64,000 nt of DNA from Deinococcus sp. (GCA_965261005.1 OZ253375.1:716057-780056); one strand, 5' to 3'. Shown: positions 53,410 through 63,480, numbered from the stretch's first letter. Program-made: numbers and translations. The notes: generated by a model not told the origin, from the sequence alone.

Positions 53410-53792
53410 GCGTCGTGCTCGACGCCAGCGCCGTGATCGCCTGGCTCAAAGAGGAGGTAGGCGGCGAGCGGGTGGAGGCTGTCCTAAAACGTGGAGACGC
53501 CATTATTTCGAGCGTCAACCTGGCCGAGGTGCTGGCCCGCTTTAGCGATTTTGGCGCCGAGCCGGAAGGTGTCGCGCGTGACTTGGAGATCGAGGGCCTC
53601 AACATCGAGCCGTTTGGTTCGCAGGACGCCGCCTTGAGCGCTGCATTGCGCGCCCGCACCCGCAGCGCCGGCCTTTCCCTGGGCGACCGGGCTTGCCTGG
53701 CACTGGCCCAACGGCTCGGCGCGCCGGCCCTGACCGCTGACCGCGCTTGGAGCGCGTTGAATGTCGGCGTTCAGGTGGAGTTGCTGCGGTAG
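53406..53792 (+). CDS. vapC: PIN-domain toxin (VapC-type)
   Basis: VVLDASAVIAWL, SSVNLAEV, LSLGDRACLALA, LTADRAW. Confidence 0.85.
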   Translation: MSVVLDASAVIAWLKEEVGGERVEAVLKRGDAIISSVNLAEVLARFSDFGAEPEGVARDLEIEGLNIEPFGSQDAALSAALRARTRSAGLSLGDRACLALAQRLGAPALTADRAWSALNVGVQVELLR

Positions 53793-53810
53793 TCTCGGGT
53801 TGAACGCGGG

Positions 53811-55436
53811 CTACACCCGCACCAAGTAGGCCGACTCGATCAGGTCCAAGGCGCGAATCTCTTCGAGCTGCTCGCCCGTCAGGGCGTCGTCGAGGGTCAG
53901 GGTAAACAGGGCCTCGCCGCCCTTTTCGGCGCGGCCGAGGGACATGCCGGCGATGTTGACGCCCCAGCGGCCCAGCAAGCTCGACAGCTGGGCCACCGCC
54001 CCCGGCCGGTCCTGGTTGGATAGGATCAGGATGTATCCCTCCGGCTCGACCTCCACCCGGAAGTGGCGCAAGCGGGTCAGGCGCGGCAGCTTGCCGAAGA
54101 CCGTGCCGCCCACCGTGCGGGTGCGGCCCGCTTGGGAAGCGATCAAGAGGATTTCGCTTTGGTACGGCCCGGCCGCCTCGCGCTCGCGGGTGGAGACCCG
54201 CAGGCCGCGCTCGCGCGCGAGGGCGCGGGCGTTGATCAGATTGGGAAGTTCGTCGGTCACGCCGCTCAGGTAGCCGATCAGGGCGCTGGTGACCACGCTG
54301 GTTGTGAGCGGCGCGGCGTCCCCCGGCAGCGGACCGCGAAACTCCACCTCCAATTCCGAGGCGCCCGGCAGCAGTTGGCCCACGATCTTGCCCAGCTTCC
54401 CCGCCAGGTCCAGGTGCGGCCCCAGCAGCTCGCGCGTTCCTGCGTCCAGCGCCGGGGCGTTCACGGCGCCCCTGGACACGTCGCCTCGCAGGGCGGCCAA
54501 CACGCGGTCCACGATCTCGGCGCCGACCCGTTCCTGGGCCTCGCGGGTGTTGGCGCCGAGGTGGGCGGTGATGGAGAGGTTGGGCGCCTTGAGAAGGGGG
54601 TGGTCCGGCGCGGGCGGCTCCTCCACGAACACGTCGAGGCCCGCCGCGAACAGGTGGCCGCTGCTGAGCGCCTGCGCCAGCGCCGCCTCCTCCACGATGC
54701 CGCCGCGCGCCGCGTTCACCACGATGGCGCCGGGGCGCAGCAGGGCCAACTCGCGCGCGCCGATCATGCCGAGCGTCTCGTCGGTCAGGGGGGTGTGGAC
54801 CGTCACGGCGTCCACCTGAGCGAGCAGATCGTCCAGCGTCGCCGCGCGCCGCACATCCAGCCGGGTAAAATTCCCCTCGGCGATGTAGGGATCAAAGGCG
54901 ACCACGTTCATTCTGAGGCCCTGCGCCCGCGCCGCCACGATGGAGCCGATGCGGCCCAGGCCCACAATGCCGAGGGTCTTGTCCTTGAGTTCCAGGCCCA
55001 AGAACTTGCGGTCCCACCTGCCCGCGCGGGTCAGGGCGTCGCTGCGCGTGAGGCCGCGGGCCGCCGCCATCAGGTGCGCCACCGCCAGCTCGGCCGCCGA
55101 GACGTTGTTGGACTCGGGCGCGTTCAGAATCAGCACGCCGCGCCGCGAGGCCGCCTCAAGGTCGATGTTGTCCACGCCCACCCCGCCGCGCCCGACCACC
55201 CGCAACGCCGGCCCGGCAGAGAGCAGCTCGGCGTCCACCTTGGTGCGCGACCGCGTGATCAGGGCGTCGTACTCTCCCAAGCGGGCCAGCACTTCTTCGC
55301 GCGGCATGTTGGGCACGTAGTCGATGGCGAAGCCGGCGTGGTCGAGGTCGCCGAGGGTCATCTCGTCGCAGATCAGGACGCGAAAGGGCGCGGGCGGGGC
55401 TTGGGGGTTGACGTCGGCTTGGGTCGCGGCGCTCAT
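53811..55436 (-). CDS. serA: D-3-phosphoglycerate dehydrogenase (long form with ASB and ACT domains)
   Basis: GIVGLGRIGSIVA, NAARGGIVEE, HLGANT, C-terminal ACT domain. Start at MSAATQ (55436). Confidence 0.93.
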   Translation of the reverse strand: MSAATQADVNPQAPPAPFRVLICDEMTLGDLDHAGFAIDYVPNMPREEVLARLGEYDALITRSRTKVDAELLSAGPALRVVGRGGVGVDNIDLEAASRRGVLILNAPESNNVSAAELAVAHLMAAARGLTRSDALTRAGRWDRKFLGLELKDKTLGIVGLGRIGSIVAARAQGLRMNVVAFDPYIAEGNFTRLDVRRAATLDDLLAQVDAVTVHTPLTDETLGMIGARELALLRPGAIVVNAARGGIVEEAALAQALSSGHLFAAGLDVFVEEPPAPDHPLLKAPNLSITAHLGANTREAQERVGAEIVDRVLAALRGDVSRGAVNAPALDAGTRELLGPHLDLAGKLGKIVGQLLPGASELEVEFRGPLPGDAAPLTTSVVTSALIGYLSGVTDELPNLINARALARERGLRVSTREREAAGPYQSEILLIASQAGRTRTVGGTVFGKLPRLTRLRHFRVEVEPEGYILILSNQDRPGAVAQLSSLLGRWGVNIAGMSLGRAEKGGEALFTLTLDDALTGEQLEEIRALDLIESAYLVRV

Positions 55437-55479
55437 GGGGCCATTTAACCCCATTTGTGGGGAAAAGCCACCCAGAGGG

Positions 55480-56076
55480 TTAGGCAAATCCGGCCCGGAC
55501 CTTCAGCGCGCCCCTCAGCAGCCGGGCATACTCGCGCTCTCCCACCTGGTAGGTCCCGAAGCGCGCCAAGTGGGGATTCTGGATTTGCGCGTCGAACAGG
55601 ACGAAGCCGCGCGCCCGCAGATGGTCCACCAATTTCACCAGCGCCACCTTGCTGGCGTCGGTAACCGCGTGAAACATGCTCTCGCCGACGAAAGCGCCGC
55701 CCAGGGTCAGGCCCAGCACCCCGCCGGCGAGCTGCCCGTCCTGCCACGTCTCAAAGCTGTGGGCGTGGCCGGCCGCGTGCAGCGCCAAGTAGATGGCGCG
55801 CAGCTCGGGACTGATCCAAGTCTCTTGGCGCGCCGCGCAACCGTCCACCACGCCCGCAAAATTGGCGTTCCGTCGCAGCTCGAACTTCGGGTAGGCCCGC
55901 GAAAGAGACTTCGGCGCGTGAAAGCGTTCGTCCAGCGGCACCAAGGCGCGCACCCGCGAGGTGTACCAGCCCAGGCCGCGCCCGTTGTCCATCAAAAAGG
56001 CGCCGGCCGCGTAGCCCGCCAGGATCTCAGGAAGCAGCATCTCGGGAACCGGAAGCTCGGGCACGCCGGACTTCAC
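55480..56076 (-). CDS. aat: Leucyl/phenylalanyl-tRNA--protein transferase
   Basis: GHAHSFETW, LAGGVLGLTLGGAFVGESMF, DAQIQNPHLARFG. Confidence 0.88.
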   Translation of the reverse strand: MKSGVPELPVPEMLLPEILAGYAAGAFLMDNGRGLGWYTSRVRALVPLDERFHAPKSLSRAYPKFELRRNANFAGVVDGCAARQETWISPELRAIYLALHAAGHAHSFETWQDGQLAGGVLGLTLGGAFVGESMFHAVTDASKVALVKLVDHLRARGFVLFDAQIQNPHLARFGTYQVGEREYARLLRGALKVRAGFA

Positions 56077-57098
56077 GGCAGCAGCTTGTTATAGAACTCT
56101 TTCGGGTCCACCGCCTCGCCGCGCAGGCGCAGCTCCAGGTGAAGGTGCGGCCCGTTCGACAGGCCGGTGGTGCCCACCAAGCCGATCTTCTGGCCGCGCG
56201 TCACCTTGTCGCCCGCCTTCACCAGCAGTTTGGATTGGTGCATGTACAGGCTGACCACGCCCGCGCCGTGGTCGATCATGACCAGGCCGCCGCGCACGGG
56301 ATACTGGCCGGCGACCACCACCGTGCCGTCGTTGACGGCCAGCACCGGCGTGCCGACCGCAAAGGGGTAGTCGATGCCGTAGTGGTACGCGAGCGGCTCC
56401 CCCGAGGTGTAGTGGCGGGTCTGTCCAAAGGCGGTCGAGATCACCCTCACCCCGCTGACGCCCAGAAAGGGACGGGTCCAAGCCTGGGCGGTGCGGCGGG
56501 CGTAGGCGCGCTCGACCAGGGCCTCCTCCTGGGCGCGCGCCGGGGCCTGGCGCTTGCCCGCGATGGCGGGGGGAAGATTCAGGTTCTGCACCGGCAGCTT
56601 GAGGCCCACCACGGGGACGCTGCCCCGCAGCACCTCGTCCCCGACGCGCACCTCGTAGGTCAGCGGCCTCTTTTGGCCCAGCACCACCCGGCCCAGCACC
56701 ACGTAGCTGTCCGCCGCGCCGAAGGGCGCCAAGTCCTCGGCGGGGGAGCGCACGTCCTCGCCCGTCTCGGACAGAAAGCGCACGCGCGCCAAGGCCGCCC
56801 CCACGCCGCTCAGGCGCAGGCTGAAGGCGTCTCCCTCGCGCAGCAAGCTCGGCAGCTGCACGCGCACGCCGCCCACCTCCTGGGCGCGCGCCTCGCTGGG
56901 CAGGGTGAGCGTCTGGCCCACCGCCAGGTCGCTGCCGGCAAGGTTATTGAGCTTGATCAGGTCGGCCACCGTCACGCCCTCCTTTTGGGCGAGGCCGTAA
57001 AGCGTGTCGCCGGGCTGCACGGTGTAGGCGAGCGCCGGACGGAGGGGTGCGGCGAGCAGGGCGAGCGACAGGCAGAAAAGGCGGGCGCGGCGCGTCAT
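56073..57098 (-). CDS. LysM-domain M23-family metallopeptidase
   Basis: Signal peptide. LysM YTVQPGDTLYGLAQKEGVTVADLIKLNNL. M23 HYGIDY ... GTTGLSNGPHLHLELR. Confidence 0.9.
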   Translation of the reverse strand: MTRRARLFCLSLALLAAPLRPALAYTVQPGDTLYGLAQKEGVTVADLIKLNNLAGSDLAVGQTLTLPSEARAQEVGGVRVQLPSLLREGDAFSLRLSGVGAALARVRFLSETGEDVRSPAEDLAPFGAADSYVVLGRVVLGQKRPLTYEVRVGDEVLRGSVPVVGLKLPVQNLNLPPAIAGKRQAPARAQEEALVERAYARRTAQAWTRPFLGVSGVRVISTAFGQTRHYTSGEPLAYHYGIDYPFAVGTPVLAVNDGTVVVAGQYPVRGGLVMIDHGAGVVSLYMHQSKLLVKAGDKVTRGQKIGLVGTTGLSNGPHLHLELRLRGEAVDPKEFYNKLLP

Positions 57099-57210
57099 GA
57101 GCCTGAGTGTAGCTTAGGTGTACAGCTTGGGTTCCCAGGCTCCGAATTCTCAGGCTGACGAGCTGACGTCGGGCCAGGAGAGGGGTGCCGCCGGGAAGAA
57201 GCTCAAAAGC

Positions 57211-57216
57211 TATACT
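57211..57216 (+). promoter_or_regulatory. -10-like TATACT 6 nt upstream of ATG 57223
   Basis: TATACTcctcccATG. Confidence 0.3.
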
Positions 57217-57222
57217 CCTCCC

Positions 57223-57444
57223 ATGACCTCCTCTTCCCTCTCCGACCGTCAGGCCCGGCGGCGCGACGTGCAGCGCGCCGTGGACAAGGCCGTGGAGCAG
57301 CAGCGAACCGCCACGCTGATCGCCGTCGTTCTCGGGATCGTCGCCGGGGTGGCGACCGCGACCGGCGTCGCGGTGTGGGTCTTGGGCCGCGCCCGCCGCC
57401 CCGTGCTGATCACCGACGACCCGGAAGCGCCGCTGTTCGTGTGA
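57223..57444 (+). CDS. Small single-pass membrane protein (73 aa)
   Basis: One TM helix [23 protein letters not shown]. Stop overlaps the start of the next gene (TGATG). Confidence 0.45.
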   Translation: MTSSSLSDRQARRRDVQRAVDKAVEQQRTATLIAVVLGIVAGVATATGVAVWVLGRARRPVLITDDPEAPLFV

Positions 57445-58244
57445 TGGCCACTTTTTTTCGGGAAAACCTCTTACAGGGCCAGCACGCCCTGATCACCGGC
57501 GGCGGCAGCGGCATCAACCTGGGCATCGCCCAGGGGTTCGCCGCCCACGGCTGCGCCGTCACGCTGCTGGGGCGCAATTTGGAAAAGGCGAGTGGGGCGG
57601 CCGAGGGGATCATTGCTGAAGGTGGGCAGGCCCTCGGCGTGTCGGCCGACGTGCGCGACTTCGCGGCCATGCAGGCGGCAGTGCAGCAAGGGGTGGACGC
57701 GCACGGTCCCCTGGATATCGTGGTCTGCGGGGCAGCGGGCAACTTTCCGGCCCCGGTGGACGGTATCTCGCCGAACGGGTTTAAGAGCGTGGTGGACATC
57801 GACTTGCTGGGCACCTTTCACACCGTCAAGGCCGGCGCGCCCCACCTGCGGCTGCCGGGGGCGAGCATCCTGGCCATCTCGGCCTACGGGATGCCGGTCC
57901 CCATGCAGGCGCACGTGGTCGCCGCCAAGGCGGGCGTGGACGCCCTGGTGAGGGTGCTGGCCGTCGAGTGGGGAGAACGCGGCGTGCGGGTCAACGCCAT
58001 CATCCCCGGCCCCATTGACGGCACCGAGGGCATGCGCCGCTTAGCCCCGACGGGGGCAGCGCGCGAGGCGGTCGCGCGGGGCATTCCGCTGGGCCGCATG
58101 GGTGAAACCGGCGACGTCGCCAACTTGGCGCTCTTTCTGGTCTCGGGCGCGGCCGGCTTTATCACCGGCGCGGTCATTCCCTGCGACGGCGGCAGCCAAC
58201 TGATGGGCGCGGGCGTGACGGCGCAGGCGTTCACGGCGCAGTAA
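57444..58244 (+). CDS. SDR-family oxidoreductase (2,4-dienoyl-CoA-reductase-like)
   Basis: [43 protein letters not shown]. Confidence 0.88.
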   Translation: MATFFRENLLQGQHALITGGGSGINLGIAQGFAAHGCAVTLLGRNLEKASGAAEGIIAEGGQALGVSADVRDFAAMQAAVQQGVDAHGPLDIVVCGAAGNFPAPVDGISPNGFKSVVDIDLLGTFHTVKAGAPHLRLPGASILAISAYGMPVPMQAHVVAAKAGVDALVRVLAVEWGERGVRVNAIIPGPIDGTEGMRRLAPTGAAREAVARGIPLGRMGETGDVANLALFLVSGAAGFITGAVIPCDGGSQLMGAGVTAQAFTAQ

Positions 58245-58280
58245 TTCAAGACTTCACCGACGTCCGGGCGCTATAAGCTG

Positions 58281-58304
58281 GCCCCCATGCCCCCATGCCC
58301 CCAC
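58281..58304 (+). repeat. 8-bp tandem repeat GCCCCCAT x3 spanning the GH31 start codon
   Basis: GCCCCCAT GCCCCCAT GCCCCCAC. Two ATGs 8 nt apart, and only the second (58295) is in frame. Confidence 0.85.
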
Positions 58305-60682
58305 GCCTGACCGACTTCACGACCGACCAAACCCTGCTGCACGCCTGGGGCGCCAGCGACGCCCTGGAAGTCTCCATTCCGCACGAGGGCGTCTTGCGCG
58401 TCCGCCACGCGCCCGGCGCGCGGCTGCTGTCGCTCACGTATCCGCGTTTGCCCGAAAAGCGCTCGTTCGCGGTGGTGGGCGGCGAGTCGCAAGCGCTCAC
58501 GGTGACGCGCCAGGACGACGTGTTGCGTATTTCAGGCGGCGGGCTGCGGCTGGATCTGAGCTTGACGGACGGGCTGTGGCAAGCCTACGACGCGGACGGG
58601 CACAGCCTCGCGCGGGCGACCGAGGTGCGCGCCGACCCGGCCAGTTTGCGGCGGAGGACCGGCTTCAGCTTACACGCTCCTCCGGGGGCGGCCTACCTGG
58701 GCTTCGGCGAGAAGGTGGGCGGTTTTGATAAGCGCGGGCTGCGCTTCACCTTTTGGAACACCGACCACTTTCCGCACCACACCGACTCGGACCCGCTCTA
58801 CGCCTCGGTTCCCTTTTGCACGGTGCTGGACGGCGGGCGCGCGGCGGGGCTGTTTCTCGACGAGACGTGGCGCACCGAGGTGGACGTGGCGAACCTCGAC
58901 CCGGAAACGCTGTCGTGGTCGAGCGCCGGGCCGGAGCTGGACCTCTACCTGATCGCCGGCCCCGGCCCGGCGGACGTGCTGCGGCGCTACACCGACCTGA
59001 CCGGGCGCACGCCCCTGCCGCCGCTGTGGTCCCTGGGCTACGTGCAGTCGCGCTGGGGCTACGAAAACGAGGACGACGTGCGCGCCGTGATCGGGGGCTT
59101 CCGGTCGCGCGACCTGCCGCTCGACGCCATCTGCGTGGACATCGACTACATGGACGCCTACAAGGTCTTCACCTGGGACCCGCAGCGCTTTCCCGACCCG
59201 GCCGGCCTGATGGCGGAGGCGGCGGAACGCGGCGTCCAACTGGTCCCGATCATAGACCCCGGCGTGAAGGTGGAAAGCGGCTACCCCGTCTACGAGGAGG
59301 CCGAGCGCGAAGGGTACCTGGTCCGCAACTCGCGCGGCAGCACCCTGGTCGGCGAGGTGTGGCCGAGGCCGGCGGTCTTTCCCGACTTCACCCGGCCGGA
59401 GGTGGTGAATTGGTGGGCGGGGCACTTCTCGGCCTTTGCCGCCGCCGGCGTCCACGGCGTTTGGAACGATATGAACGAGCCGAGCTGCTTCACGGTCCTC
59501 AACGTCGAGAGCGACCTCGGCGAGGTCGAGCGCAGCGTCGGCGCCATCGAGGGCAAGACGCTGCCTTACGACGCCCGCCACGGCAAGAGGCGCCACTTGG
59601 AGGTCCACAACGCCTACAACCTGGGCATGAACGAGGCGGCGCGGCTGGGCTTTTTGCGCGCCCACCCCAACAGGCGCCCCTTTTTAATCAGCCGCTCTGG
59701 CTTCGCGGGCCTTCAGCGCTACGGCGCCCTGTGGACCGGCGACAACACCAGCGCTTGGTCCCACCTGCGCCTCTCGGTTCCCATGCTGCTGGGGCTGGGG
59801 CTGTCGGGCCTGGCCCACTGCGGCGCGGACGTGGGCGGCTTTCTGGGCGACGCGAACGGCGAGCTGCTGGCGCGCTGGACGCAGCTGGGGGCGTTTTACG
59901 CCTTTATGCGCAACCACTCGGCGGCCGGCACCCGCGACCAAGAGCCGTGGCGCTTTGGCGAGGAGGTGCTGAACGCGGCGCGCGGCGCCATCCAGATGCG
60001 CTACCGCCTGCTGCCCACGCTGTACACGCTGATGTGGGAAGCGGGCAGAAGCGGCCTGCCCCCCATGCGCCCGCTGGCGCTGCATTACCCCCAGGACGCG
60101 GACGCCCTGCGCGAGGACGGCGTCTTTTTGTTCGGCGAGGATGTATTGGTCGCGCCCGTGCTGGGAAGTGGGGCGCAAAAGCGGCTCGCCTACCTGCCCC
60201 AAGGGCACTGGCTGGAACTGTTCAACCTGCCGCTCAATGTGGCGGTGGCCGGGCAAATTCACGAGGGCGGGCAGTCCGTGGTGGCGCACGCCGACTTGGG
60301 CACCGTGCCGGTCTACCTGCGCGCCGGGGGCGCCGTCGCCCTGACGGACAGCGCGCCGCATACCGGGGAGGCCAACTGGCCGGTTCTCACGTGGCACGTC
60401 CACGCCGCCGATCAGGTCACGGGCACGCTCTACGAGGACGCGGGTGACGGATACGGCCCCGCCCGCGTGACGAAGTTGCGCGGCGAGCAGGAGGGTGGAA
60501 CGTTGCGCCTGACGCGCGAGGTGACGGGCGACCTGCCCGCCGGGCGGGATACGGAGACCTTGTTTGTTTATGGTCTGGAGGGAACAGAAAGCGTCTCAGG
60601 CGCAACCTCCTGGGCCTTTCAGGGCGGCGCGCTGCGGCTGGAGGTAGCGGCCGATTGGCGTGACATCGAGATTGTGAGCTGA
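58295..60682 (+). CDS. Glycoside hydrolase family 31 alpha-glucosidase
   Basis: DIDYMD, GVWNDMNEPS (catalytic nucleophile region), WTGDN, FMRNHS. Confidence 0.92.
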   Translation: MPPRLTDFTTDQTLLHAWGASDALEVSIPHEGVLRVRHAPGARLLSLTYPRLPEKRSFAVVGGESQALTVTRQDDVLRISGGGLRLDLSLTDGLWQAYDADGHSLARATEVRADPASLRRRTGFSLHAPPGAAYLGFGEKVGGFDKRGLRFTFWNTDHFPHHTDSDPLYASVPFCTVLDGGRAAGLFLDETWRTEVDVANLDPETLSWSSAGPELDLYLIAGPGPADVLRRYTDLTGRTPLPPLWSLGYVQSRWGYENEDDVRAVIGGFRSRDLPLDAICVDIDYMDAYKVFTWDPQRFPDPAGLMAEAAERGVQLVPIIDPGVKVESGYPVYEEAEREGYLVRNSRGSTLVGEVWPRPAVFPDFTRPEVVNWWAGHFSAFAAAGVHGVWNDMNEPSCFTVLNVESDLGEVERSVGAIEGKTLPYDARHGKRRHLEVHNAYNLGMNEAARLGFLRAHPNRRPFLISRSGFAGLQRYGALWTGDNTSAWSHLRLSVPMLLGLGLSGLAHCGADVGGFLGDANGELLARWTQLGAFYAFMRNHSAAGTRDQEPWRFGEEVLNAARGAIQMRYRLLPTLYTLMWEAGRSGLPPMRPLALHYPQDADALREDGVFLFGEDVLVAPVLGSGAQKRLAYLPQGHWLELFNLPLNVAVAGQIHEGGQSVVAHADLGTVPVYLRAGGAVALTDSAPHTGEANWPVLTWHVHAADQVTGTLYEDAGDGYGPARVTKLRGEQEGGTLRLTREVTGDLPAGRDTETLFVYGLEGTESVSGATSWAFQGGALRLEVAADWRDIEIVS

Positions 60683-60699
60683 GTTTGAAGGAGGGCTTC

Positions 60700-61899
60700 A
60701 TGCGGCGGTACCTTGAAGGGGTGACCGCCACGTTCGATGCACCCGCCCGCTTTGTCACAGCGGCCTTTGACGCCTTGTCCGCCAACGTGGCGATTTTGGA
60801 CGAGGACGGCGTGATCGTGGCGGTGAACCGCGCTTGGCGCACCTTTGCTCGGGAAAACGGCGCCCACGCCAACGGCGGCGACGACACCGGGCAGAACTAC
60901 CTGGCGGTGTGCGAGGCGACGACCGGGCCGGACGGCGAGTACGCGCGCGGCATCGCGACTGGCATTCGCGCGGTGCTGGCCGGCCGCGAACAGCTGTTCG
61001 AGCTGGAGTATCCCTGCCACGCGCCGCACGAGCCGCGCTACTTCCTGGCGCGCGTCACCGCCTTTGTCCAAGACGGCGGGCGCTTCGCGGTGGTCGCGCA
61101 CGAAAACGTCACCCGCCGCAAGCTGGCCGAGCTGGAGTTGCAAAAGCTCAACCGCACCCTGGAGGCCCACGTCGCGGCGCGCACGGCCGAACTCGCCGCC
61201 AAAAATACCGAGTTGGAAGCGTCCAACCGCGAACTCGCCCAGTTCGCCTACGTCGCCTCGCACGATCTGCAAGAGCCGTTGCGCACGGTGGGCAGCTTCG
61301 CCGACCTGCTGCGGCGGCGCTACACGGGGCAGCTCGACGACCAGGCCGACGTGTACCTGAACCACATCGGCGAGGGGGTCGGGCGCATGCGGCGCCTGAT
61401 TCACGATCTGCTCTCGCTGGCGCGGGTGGACGGCGAACCGCTGCACGGCGACCTCGACGTGGGGGCGCTGTTTCAGGAGATGTGCCTGGACATGCCAGCC
61501 CTGCGCGGCGCCCGGGTGGAGCTTTTGCCCGCGCCGCCCGCCCACGCCAACCGCGCCCAAGTCGCCCAAGTGCTGATCAACCTGCTGGGCAACGCGGCCA
61601 AATTCCGCTCGGAAGAGCCGCTGCACGTCTCGTTTGGGGGCTGGTGCGAGGGCGAGATGGCGCACTACGTCCTGCGCGACAACGGCATCGGCATCGCGCC
61701 CGAACACCTGGAGCGCATCTTCGGCATGTTCCAGCGGCTGCACGGCCGCGCCCGCTTCGACGGCAACGGCATCGGCCTGGCCATCTGCCAAAAGATCGTC
61801 GAGCGCCACGGCGGCCGAATCTGGGCCGAATCCGGGGGGGTCGAATCCGGAGAGGCTGGGGGCAGCGCCTTTCACTTCACGCTGCCCGCCGCCCACTGA
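60700..61899 (+). CDS. PAS-domain sensor histidine kinase (cytoplasmic)
   Basis: AAGGAGG RBS then ATG 60700. PAS (VAILDEDGVIVAVNRAW). H-box FAYVASHDLQEPLRTV. GNGIGLAICQKIVERHGG. Confidence 0.88.
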   Translation: MRRYLEGVTATFDAPARFVTAAFDALSANVAILDEDGVIVAVNRAWRTFARENGAHANGGDDTGQNYLAVCEATTGPDGEYARGIATGIRAVLAGREQLFELEYPCHAPHEPRYFLARVTAFVQDGGRFAVVAHENVTRRKLAELELQKLNRTLEAHVAARTAELAAKNTELEASNRELAQFAYVASHDLQEPLRTVGSFADLLRRRYTGQLDDQADVYLNHIGEGVGRMRRLIHDLLSLARVDGEPLHGDLDVGALFQEMCLDMPALRGARVELLPAPPAHANRAQVAQVLINLLGNAAKFRSEEPLHVSFGGWCEGEMAHYVLRDNGIGIAPEHLERIFGMFQRLHGRARFDGNGIGLAICQKIVERHGGRIWAESGGVESGEAGGSAFHFTLPAAH

Positions 61900-61981
61900 C
61901 CCGCCCGTCCTTGCCCGCCGCCCGCTGACCCGCCCACTACATATGTGTAAGCTCTTTTCCGTTCGTTCACGGCCGCGCGGT

Positions 61982-61987
61982 TACAAT
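61982..61987 (+). promoter_or_regulatory. -10-like TACAAT 8 nt upstream of ATG 61996
   Basis: TACAATgtcgcgatATG. Confidence 0.3.
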
Positions 61988-61995
61988 GTCGCGAT

Positions 61996-62454
61996 ATGCG
62001 CCGCAGCCAACCCATCGAAATCCTCTTGGTCGAGGACAACCCCGGCGACGTGCTTCTCACGCGCGAAGCCTTTCAGGAAGCCAGCATTCGCAACAACTTG
62101 TCGGTCGCCGAGGACGGCGAACAGGCGCTGCGCTTTTTGAAGCGCGAAGGCGAGTACGCGGGCGCCCCGCGCCCGGACATTATCTTGCTCGACCTCAACA
62201 TGCCGCGCATGAGCGGCCACGAGATGCTGAACGTCCTCAAGCAGGACCGTGAGTTGCGCGCCATTCCGGTGGTGATTCTGACCACCAGCGACCATGAGCA
62301 GGACATCATCCGCTCGTACGAGCAGTACGCCAACTGCTACATCTGCAAGCCCACCGGCTTTGAAGACTTCTTTTCGGTGGTGCGCTCGGTGGAGAACTTC
62401 TGGCTGAACACCGCGCAGCTGCCGCCGCATACGGAACGGGCGCGCGAAGGGTAA
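61996..62454 (+). CDS. Stand-alone receiver-domain response regulator (Rcp1/CheY-like)
   Basis: ILLVEDNPGD, DIILLDLNMPRMSG, PVVILTTS, ANCYICKP. Confidence 0.92.
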   Translation: MRRSQPIEILLVEDNPGDVLLTREAFQEASIRNNLSVAEDGEQALRFLKREGEYAGAPRPDIILLDLNMPRMSGHEMLNVLKQDRELRAIPVVILTTSDHEQDIIRSYEQYANCYICKPTGFEDFFSVVRSVENFWLNTAQLPPHTERAREG

Positions 62455-62467
62455 CCCCCCACCCCGG

Positions 62468-62490
62468 CCCTCCCCCTCAAGGGGGGAGGG
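62468..62490. terminator. Hairpin between convergent genes
   Basis: CCCTCCCCC-tcaag-GGGGGAGGG. Confidence 0.5.
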
Positions 62491-62514
62491 AGAACGGCGC
62501 GAATCCTGGCCGCT

Positions 62515-63459
62515 TTACCCTGGGTTGTTCAGAAGCGCCGCCTCTTTCTCCGGCGTCAGGCCGAAGTCGTTCATGGGCCGCTCCGTTTCGCGCACCCAAG
62601 CCAGCAGGTCGCGCACGCTGTCGGGCAGGGGGCGGCGCGTCAGGCCCTGGCTGAGCGCCCGAGCGTCCGGGGCGCGCATGGCCCCCGCCCAGCCCTCGCC
62701 GGCCAGCGGCAGCGCGACGCCTTGGGCCTCCATGGCCGCGTCGCCCCGCCACACGACCTCGGCGGCGCGGCCCCCCGCCTTCCGCACGGCGCCCAGCACC
62801 TCGCCCCAGGTCAGGTGTTCGCCCACCGCGTTGAAGGTGCCCGGCACGTCCCGCTCCACCAAGCGCACCACGAAGGCGGCCAGGTCGCGCGTGTCAATCA
62901 CCTGAAACGGCCTTTCCGGCGAGCCGATCATGGGAAACGTCTCCTTGTCGGCGAGGTTCCTGGCCCAAAAGGTGAAGCGGTCGGTGTGGTCATGTGGCCC
63001 CACGACCAGGCCGGGCCGCACAACAGTTGATCGGTCGCCGTAGACTTCGCGCACCACCCCCTCGCAGAGCACCTTGAGGCCGCCGTAGGTCTCCCCCGTC
63101 ACGGTTTCCACGCCGGGATCGGCGAGTTGGGCGAGCGGCGCGTCCTCGTCCTGGCCGTCCGCGTACACCGAGATGGTCGAGATAAAGAGGTAACGCTTCA
63201 CCGCCCCGACCAACAACTCGGCGCTGTGCCGGACCACGCGCGGCAGGTAGCCCGACACGTCAATCGCGGCGTCCCAAGTGCGACCCTTCAGCGCGCCGAG
63301 GTCGCCGTCACGGTCGCCGCGCAGCCGCTCGACCACGCGCGGCAAATCGTCCCCGCGCTGCCCGCGCGTGAAGACGCTGACCAGGTGGCCGCGCGCCACG
63401 GCCTCCAGCACGATGGCCCGGCCGACGAACTGCGTTCCGCCCAACACCAGAAGGTTCAT
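62515..63459 (-). CDS. NAD-dependent epimerase/dehydratase-family protein
   Basis: MNLLVLGGTQFVGRAI Rossmann motif. YGGLK (YxxxK). Confidence 0.85.
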   Translation of the reverse strand: MNLLVLGGTQFVGRAIVLEAVARGHLVSVFTRGQRGDDLPRVVERLRGDRDGDLGALKGRTWDAAIDVSGYLPRVVRHSAELLVGAVKRYLFISTISVYADGQDEDAPLAQLADPGVETVTGETYGGLKVLCEGVVREVYGDRSTVVRPGLVVGPHDHTDRFTFWARNLADKETFPMIGSPERPFQVIDTRDLAAFVVRLVERDVPGTFNAVGEHLTWGEVLGAVRKAGGRAAEVVWRGDAAMEAQGVALPLAGEGWAGAMRAPDARALSQGLTRRPLPDSVRDLLAWVRETERPMNDFGLTPEKEAALLNNPG

Positions 63460-63480
63460 GGACGCATTTGACCACACCCC

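Noticed and set aside
62468-62490. Hairpin CCCTCCCCC-tcaag-GGGGGAGGG as a third copy of the 29-nt tam element
   Set aside because: It shares only the GGGGAGGG core. The arms are in the opposite order, shorter, and have a different loop and flanks. It is treated as an ordinary bidirectional terminator.
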